Virus record (IMG/VR): IMGVR_UViG_3300033144_006256
Coordinates: 20,645 to 84,644 of that record
Strand: one strand, 5' to 3'
DNA length: 64,000 nt
From: a virus
The position numbers were made by a program, and so were the translations under genes. Below are positions 58,917 to 64,000 of the stretch, one piece after another. The notes beneath the pieces were generated by a model. It saw only the letters and a list, made by a program, of their open reading frames with translations. It was not told the DNA's origin and made no database searches. How positions within the stretch are numbered: position 1 is the first letter of the stretch; each line of letters opens with the position of its first letter.

Positions 58917-59896
58917 AAATAGTTTGCTTTGATAATGTAAATGGTAAAACAACAAGAGAAATATGGGAACATTGGGATTCACAAGGTCACGAAGTAAAGC
59001 ACTCAATGGGATATAATGATAAATGGTGTGAATGGGCTGATATAGCTTGGTTTGAATGGCTTGATAGCAATATACAGATAGCCACACAAGGCCGCCCAGA
59101 CCCTGACAATAAAGGAGAATGGAAATTAAAACCGCTTAGCTTAATGGGACATAAGCCAAAAGTTATTGTTCGTGCTGTTGATATTGAAATATGGGTAGGA
59201 CGGCACAAGCAAGTAATATGGGATGATATAAATGCTTTTACCTATTTATCACCTGTTATAAGGGATTTGGTTTTAACAGAATGTCCAGTTTTAAAAGAAA
59301 AAATTGATAAAGGGGAAATTATAATGGAACAAATGCAATTAGGAATAGATTTAGATAAATGGAAATTCAAAGAAAGAAATGGCAGTAATAAAAAAATGGC
59401 TTTCATATCACATAGATGGAGTGCAAAAGGTTTAGGGTTATTCGCTCAGATTGCTAAAAAATTAATTGATATTGATAATAACTGGACATTCCATATAGTG
59501 GGGACAAGAAGCAATGAAAGATGGTTACACGCATATTTTGAACATATACTAAAAGAAATGGGAATATTTAAACACTTTGAAATTATAGAAAACAAAATCC
59601 CAAGTATCCAAGAATTTTTAGAAGATAAAGATTATATGGTTACTACACATTTTAAAGATGCTTTTTCATTAGTAGTTGGCGAAGCAATGGCAAGCGGTAT
59701 AAAAACTTATGCCCATAATTTTCCAGGTGCGAAAGATATTTGGGGAAAATATGTTTGGACAACGATTGATGAAGTTGTTGATAGGGTTATAAACGAACCA
59801 TATAATTCAAAAGAATATAGGCAATATGTAGCTGATAATCACGATATAAAATTTGCAAAACAAAGGTGGGATAATTTAATAAGTAAGTTGAAATAA
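58913..59896 (+). CDS. GT-B glycosyltransferase (family 4-like)
   Basis: GIDL..W, KG, F.....EAMASGIK...HNF.GA. Confidence 0.85.
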   Translation: MKIVCFDNVNGKTTREIWEHWDSQGHEVKHSMGYNDKWCEWADIAWFEWLDSNIQIATQGRPDPDNKGEWKLKPLSLMGHKPKVIVRAVDIEIWVGRHKQVIWDDINAFTYLSPVIRDLVLTECPVLKEKIDKGEIIMEQMQLGIDLDKWKFKERNGSNKKMAFISHRWSAKGLGLFAQIAKKLIDIDNNWTFHIVGTRSNERWLHAYFEHILKEMGIFKHFEIIENKIPSIQEFLEDKDYMVTTHFKDAFSLVVGEAMASGIKTYAHNFPGAKDIWGKYVWTTIDEVVDRVINEPYNSKEYRQYVADNHDIKFAKQRWDNLISKLK

Positions 59897-60909
59897 TGGA
59901 AAAATTTACACAGCCACATAGTGGCAAAGAAAAAGTATTGATAACAGGGGTAAACGGTTTTATAGGTTCTGCGTTAGGCGTTGAACTTTCTAAAAAATAT
60001 AATGTAGCTGGGATAGTAAGGCAAAGTTCAAGGCGTGGAGATGCTATTGAAAGGCTTAAAAAATCTAATGTTGTGCTTTACGAGGGAGATTTAAGAGATT
60101 ATTGCGGTATAGAATGGATAGTAAAAGATTTTCGTCCTGATTATGTATTACATTTAGGGGCAATAACGCCAGTTTCTTATTCGTTCCAAAAGCCACAAGA
60201 AGTAGGGGAAGTTAATTACATAGGTTCAATCAATCTCCTAGAAGCTATTAAAAGAAATATACCAAGTATTAAAAAAATAATAGTATCTTCCACAATGGAA
60301 GTATATGGATTACAGAAACAAAAACCTTTTACGGAAGATTTAACCCCTCATCCACGAGCTCCATATGCAGTCGCAAAATTAGGAATGGAAAAGTTTATAG
60401 AATACCTTGTTGATTGCTATAAAATGCCGATTATAACATTAAGGCAAACAAACTGTATAGGACGATTAGATAATGATTATTTTGTAGCCGAAACTATTAT
60501 CACACAAATGTTAAAAAATAAAGATAAAATAGAATTAGGCGATCCGCGTCCAACAAGAAACTTCATACATATAGAAGATTTGAAACGATTATATGAAGTA
60601 TTACTTTCCTATAAGAAGAATGATTTATTTGGTGAAATATTAAATACAGGACCTGCTAACGGATTAACAATTAAAAAACTTGCAGAAAAAATTGCTAAAA
60701 AACTTAAATGGGATGGTAAAATAAATTGGTATGCAAGGGAACTCCGTCCAGGCGAAATATTTTATCTTAATTCAACTAATAAAAAGGTTACATCTAAAAC
60801 AGGATGGAAGCCAGAGATAACATTAGACAAAGCATTAGATAAATGTATAGAATTTTGGGAAAGAAAAATTTCTAATAATCCTTATAATGAAAAATTGATT
60901 AAAAGCTAA
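59896..60909 (+). CDS. NAD-dependent NDP-sugar epimerase/dehydratase (GDP-mannose 4,6-dehydratase-like SDR)
   Basis: ITG..GFIG, HL.A, ST.EVYG, PY..AK, R.F....D. Confidence 0.9.
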   Translation: MEKFTQPHSGKEKVLITGVNGFIGSALGVELSKKYNVAGIVRQSSRRGDAIERLKKSNVVLYEGDLRDYCGIEWIVKDFRPDYVLHLGAITPVSYSFQKPQEVGEVNYIGSINLLEAIKRNIPSIKKIIVSSTMEVYGLQKQKPFTEDLTPHPRAPYAVAKLGMEKFIEYLVDCYKMPIITLRQTNCIGRLDNDYFVAETIITQMLKNKDKIELGDPRPTRNFIHIEDLKRLYEVLLSYKKNDLFGEILNTGPANGLTIKKLAEKIAKKLKWDGKINWYARELRPGEIFYLNSTNKKVTSKTGWKPEITLDKALDKCIEFWERKISNNPYNEKLIKS

Positions 60910-60959
60910 AAAAATGCTATAATATAATTAGTAAAATAGAAAGTTATAACAGGTTATAA

Positions 60960-61802
60960 ATGGAAATTATTAATACATTCGTTATCCCATATTTAAATAA
61001 TAAAGATGGTATAAAACGATGTTTAGAAACATTATATAAATATACTCCGCATAATTTTAGGGTAATACTTGTTGACCAAAGTGAAGAAGGATTGCCACAA
61101 GAGATTATAGATAAAACACATCTTTATATAAGGTCATATAGAAAGTTAGGGTTTGCAAAAGCTACTAATACAGGTATTAGATTAGCAGATACAAAATATG
61201 TTACTGCCTTAAATGATGATGTAGAATTTATAAACATTAAATGGTGGGACGGCATAGAAAAAACATTTGCTAAATATGATAAGGCATTGGGGGTTAATCC
61301 AACATCGCCAAGAAACTTAGATGCAGGTGGAACACCAGTAAGCGAATGGGAATACAAAAAAGAATATACAGATGAAGAATATAATCAACTTATTGAAAGA
61401 TTTGGGAAAATACAGCGGGACGGAAAAGCACTTGACCAATATTGTTTTATCGATGGGATTTGTACTTGGTGCACAGTCTACAGAAAAGATTTATTAGATA
61501 AGGTTGGATTATACGACGAAACATTCCCAGCTGGTGGCGGTGAAGATTACGATTTAGATAGGGTTGCCTATTTAAGCGGTTATAGAATGATAGGGACTGG
61601 TATGAGCATTGTATGGCATTGGTGGTGTACAACTAAAAATAAAGTTGGAGCATATAACTTAGTTACAGAAGGGTACAACAAATTTAAAAGTAAATGGGGT
61701 AGTTTAAAAGATGTTGATGAAAAAGGCAAAATGTTGCAACCAGATATTTATGGGAAAATAGGCAAAACAGAAATACCAAAGACAGGAAAAACCCCTTTAT
61801 AA
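60960..61802 (+). CDS. Glycosyltransferase family 2
   Basis: VD.S, GFA...N.G, LNDD, G..DE.F..GG.ED.D. Confidence 0.9.
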   Translation: MEIINTFVIPYLNNKDGIKRCLETLYKYTPHNFRVILVDQSEEGLPQEIIDKTHLYIRSYRKLGFAKATNTGIRLADTKYVTALNDDVEFINIKWWDGIEKTFAKYDKALGVNPTSPRNLDAGGTPVSEWEYKKEYTDEEYNQLIERFGKIQRDGKALDQYCFIDGICTWCTVYRKDLLDKVGLYDETFPAGGGEDYDLDRVAYLSGYRMIGTGMSIVWHWWCTTKNKVGAYNLVTEGYNKFKSKWGSLKDVDEKGKMLQPDIYGKIGKTEIPKTGKTPL

Positions 61803-61849
61803 ACTATGAATAGTCGTGATATAGATTTAAAAGATTTTAAGTATAAAAG

Positions 61850-62266
61850 ATGAGCAAAATAGTTAAAGTAAAAATTAAGATGGAAGATTTAGCTGGCGGT
61901 GGAACGCATAATGTTTATCCAAAAGGTTATAATGCTTCTAAAATAAGCGTTCTTGCTTATGGTGGTTCAGAAGAAACTATCGGGAGATTTGGATATTGTA
62001 TTGGTATAGTAAAAGATGAAGATTTAACTAGTTTTTTACAAACAGATGATATTGTAGAAATATTAGAAGAAGAAGCTAATGAATTCGGGAGGAAATATCG
62101 TCCACAAAGGGTTACAATATCAGATCAGAATAAAGTAATAGAAATATTAGCAAAATCAGCATTAGACAATAAACTAAGCGATGAAGATAAAAAAGCGATA
62201 AACCCAGAAGATGAAACATTAGGCATTAACAAAACTAAACTTTTTGATGTTAAAAACCACATCTAA
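61850..62266 (+). CDS. Hypothetical protein
   Basis: ATG ORF. Confidence 0.6.
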   Translation: MSKIVKVKIKMEDLAGGGTHNVYPKGYNASKISVLAYGGSEETIGRFGYCIGIVKDEDLTSFLQTDDIVEILEEEANEFGRKYRPQRVTISDQNKVIEILAKSALDNKLSDEDKKAINPEDETLGINKTKLFDVKNHI

Positions 62267-62897
62267 AATCCAAATATCAGTTCTTAATCAAGGAAGCATA
62301 CGCCCAGAATTGGCTAATTATTTGATGCAACTGCTAACTGATAATAGGTATCAATTAACAATAACTTACCCATTCTATAAGCCGATACAACATAGCAGGA
62401 ACTTAATTGTTCGTGAATTTTTAAAAACAGATAGAGAATGGCTTATAATGATAGATGATGATATTGTCCCTCATAGAAATATTCTTAGTTTAATAGGATA
62501 TGATAAAGATATAATTGGCTTGCCAGTCCCTATATGGAAAAGCGAGATAGTAGGAGATAAAAGAAAAACAGAAATAGGGTATATGATACTTGATTGGGTG
62601 GAAAATGAAAGTGGATATAGGCAAAGAAAAGTAGAAGGGAACGAAGGTATGATTGAAGTTGATGCAGTTGGTACAGGTTGTATTATAATAAATAGGAGGG
62701 TTTTAGAAAAATTAGATTTTCCTTTTAAAAGAACTTGGAACGAAGATGGCACACAAAATATTGGTTTAGATTTAATGTTTTGTAAAATGGCAAAAGAAAT
62801 TGGCTTTAAAGTTTTTACACATCTTGATTATGTTTGTTCACAATATGAAAATATAGATATACTTGAAATCAGCAAATTGCTGGGTAGTCGTGACTAA
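62244..62897 (+). CDS. GT-A fold glycosyltransferase-like protein
   Basis: RN.IV..FL, MIDDD, VDAVGTGC..I.R.V, D..FC; paralog of 50996-51673. Confidence 0.8.
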   Translation: MMLKTTSKIQISVLNQGSIRPELANYLMQLLTDNRYQLTITYPFYKPIQHSRNLIVREFLKTDREWLIMIDDDIVPHRNILSLIGYDKDIIGLPVPIWKSEIVGDKRKTEIGYMILDWVENESGYRQRKVEGNEGMIEVDAVGTGCIIINRRVLEKLDFPFKRTWNEDGTQNIGLDLMFCKMAKEIGFKVFTHLDYVCSQYENIDILEISKLLGSRD

Positions 62898-62916
62898 AAA
62901 AGCAATTTACAAGAAT

Positions 62917-62965
62917 ACACACTTAAAACTTAGGTTACACTCCTAAATAGTTTTAGGTGTTTTTT
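62917..62965 (+). terminator. Intrinsic terminator closing the glycan island
   Basis: ACACTTAAAACTA / TAGTTTTAGGTGT followed by a T run. Confidence 0.65.
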
Positions 62966-62982
62966 AATTTTAGAGAGGAAAT

Positions 62983-63255
62983 ATGACAACACAACTAGGA
63001 GACATTACAATCACAAAACAAAACAACGATGTCATTGCTTCAATAGAAGTAAGTATTATAGATGGTGAAACAACTATTGATACAAAAACAATATCAGCGA
63101 GAATGCACAAAGATAATAAAGATATTAAAGATAATCTAATGCAGATATTAAAAGCAAAAATATTAAAAGAAAAAACAGAAGTTGAAAATACAAAAACTAT
63201 TGAAACTTCATTGGTCGATTTAAAAACTAATTTAGAAACGGAGCTAAGTAAATAA
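62983..63255 (+). CDS. Hypothetical protein
   Basis: GAGAGG RBS. Confidence 0.6.
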   Translation: MTTQLGDITITKQNNDVIASIEVSIIDGETTIDTKTISARMHKDNKDIKDNLMQILKAKILKEKTEVENTKTIETSLVDLKTNLETELSK

Positions 63256-63256
63256 T

Positions 63257-63649
63257 ATGGCTACAATAAAAAGAGCTTTTGCCGCCCTTGCTCAAATTAT
63301 AGGGTCAGGCGATGGATATGTGACATTAAGCGGAACTACTGAAAGTTTCTCTTCTGATGTTGATTTGGAGACTAATGGATATGATGGCTCGCACGTGATA
63401 GTTGAGGTTAATTTTGATTCAACTCCAACTGATGATGTAGAAGTTGCAATTTATGGTTCATTAGACGGTTCTAACTATGACGACACTCCTATTTTCTCGC
63501 AACAAATTGATAAAGACACAGATCCAAACCAAATATCTTTAGTTATAAAAGATTTACTTCATTTCAGAATTGGAGTAAAGCAAACAGGGTCAACAGACAG
63601 CCACGATGTAAGAGCTTATGTCCAGTCTTGGAATTATTCATCTGTTTAA
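63257..63649 (+). CDS. Small beta-sandwich putative virion protein
   Basis: GSLDG.N.D motif; Ser/Thr/Asp-rich. Confidence 0.55.
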   Translation: MATIKRAFAALAQIIGSGDGYVTLSGTTESFSSDVDLETNGYDGSHVIVEVNFDSTPTDDVEVAIYGSLDGSNYDDTPIFSQQIDKDTDPNQISLVIKDLLHFRIGVKQTGSTDSHDVRAYVQSWNYSSV

Positions 63650-63657
63650 TTTGAAAT

Positions 63658-64000
63658 ATGTTAAAATCCCAAAAACCATTTAGAGGACTTTTACCAAACC
63701 CAGCACACCCTCATAGAAAAGGGCTTGTTGGTCAATGGATAATGAACGAGCAGTCTGGCTTGTATCTAAATGATATGAGCGGGAATGGGAATGCTGGGAC
63801 TATTGTTGGTGCGAGTTGGGGGATTGGTGGAGTAGATTGTACTGGAGGGGGAATTGATTATAGTGCTTTACCTACTGCTTTATCACCCCCGTATTCATTG
63901 GTTTTTACTTTTAAAGCACCAGGTACTGCATCTGGGCAATACATTTTTGATTGTGATAATGGACCTTTATTTATATACCCAGAAAGTAGCCTAATATATA
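63658..64000 (+). CDS. LamG/concanavalin A-like virion protein, 3' partial
   Basis: HP..KGLVG.W.MNE.SG....D.SGNGN.GT..GA.W. Confidence 0.7.
   Translation, partial: MLKSQKPFRGLLPNPAHPHRKGLVGQWIMNEQSGLYLNDMSGNGNAGTIVGASWGIGGVDCTGGGIDYSALPTALSPPYSLVFTFKAPGTASGQYIFDCDNGPLFIYPESSLIY

Noticed and set aside
40893-62897. Host O-antigen/capsule locus flanking a prophage
   Set aside because: No flippase, polymerase, ABC exporter or initiating transferase; virion genes lie on both sides; the phage palindromic motif occurs inside.
1-64000. Diversity-generating retroelement or retron
   Set aside because: No reverse transcriptase motifs and no TR/VR pair with adenine-specific differences seen.
1-64000. 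Stop-codon reassignment (TGA or TAG)
   Set aside because: Long conserved genes are intact in code 11, and TGA/TAG end genes at normal junctions such as ATGA overlaps.

Overview
The whole 64 kb is an AT-rich, tailed dsDNA phage segment in standard genetic code 11, almost all on the + strand. No integrase, att site, CRISPR array or reverse transcriptase is visible. Order: end of the tail module and lysis genes (1-3.1 kb); a short leftward operon with a DNA methyltransferase; a ~23 kb early/replication region (Sak/Rad52-like annealase, PD-(D/E)XK nuclease, replication initiator, NinG-like HNH, several DNA methyltransferases, many small ORFs, consensus sigma70 promoters); packaging and a Mu-like head module (terminase, DUF935-type portal, MuF-like protein, two prohead proteases, gpT-like capsid). 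Directly after the capsid gene lies a ~22 kb island with 13 glycosyltransferases, a GT75/RGP mutase, 5 SAM methyltransferases, 3 sulfotransferases, WecB, an NDP-sugar dehydratase and a DHH phosphoesterase. Virion genes then resume, including a LamG-like protein. The most striking unexplained signals are: (1) this glycan island, which has no export machinery and suggests a sulfated, methylated virion glycan coat; (2) two diverged, colinear ~700-nt non-coding elements with covarying RNA stems that face each other across the early region; (3) a NUMOD3-HNH cassette that split the putative small terminase gene and supplied a recoded replacement 5' end; (4) a recurrent palindrome TATAAC-AG-GTTATA beside start codons; (5) several degenerate tRNA-like RNAs. 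All family calls come from motif recognition by eye; no database search was run.
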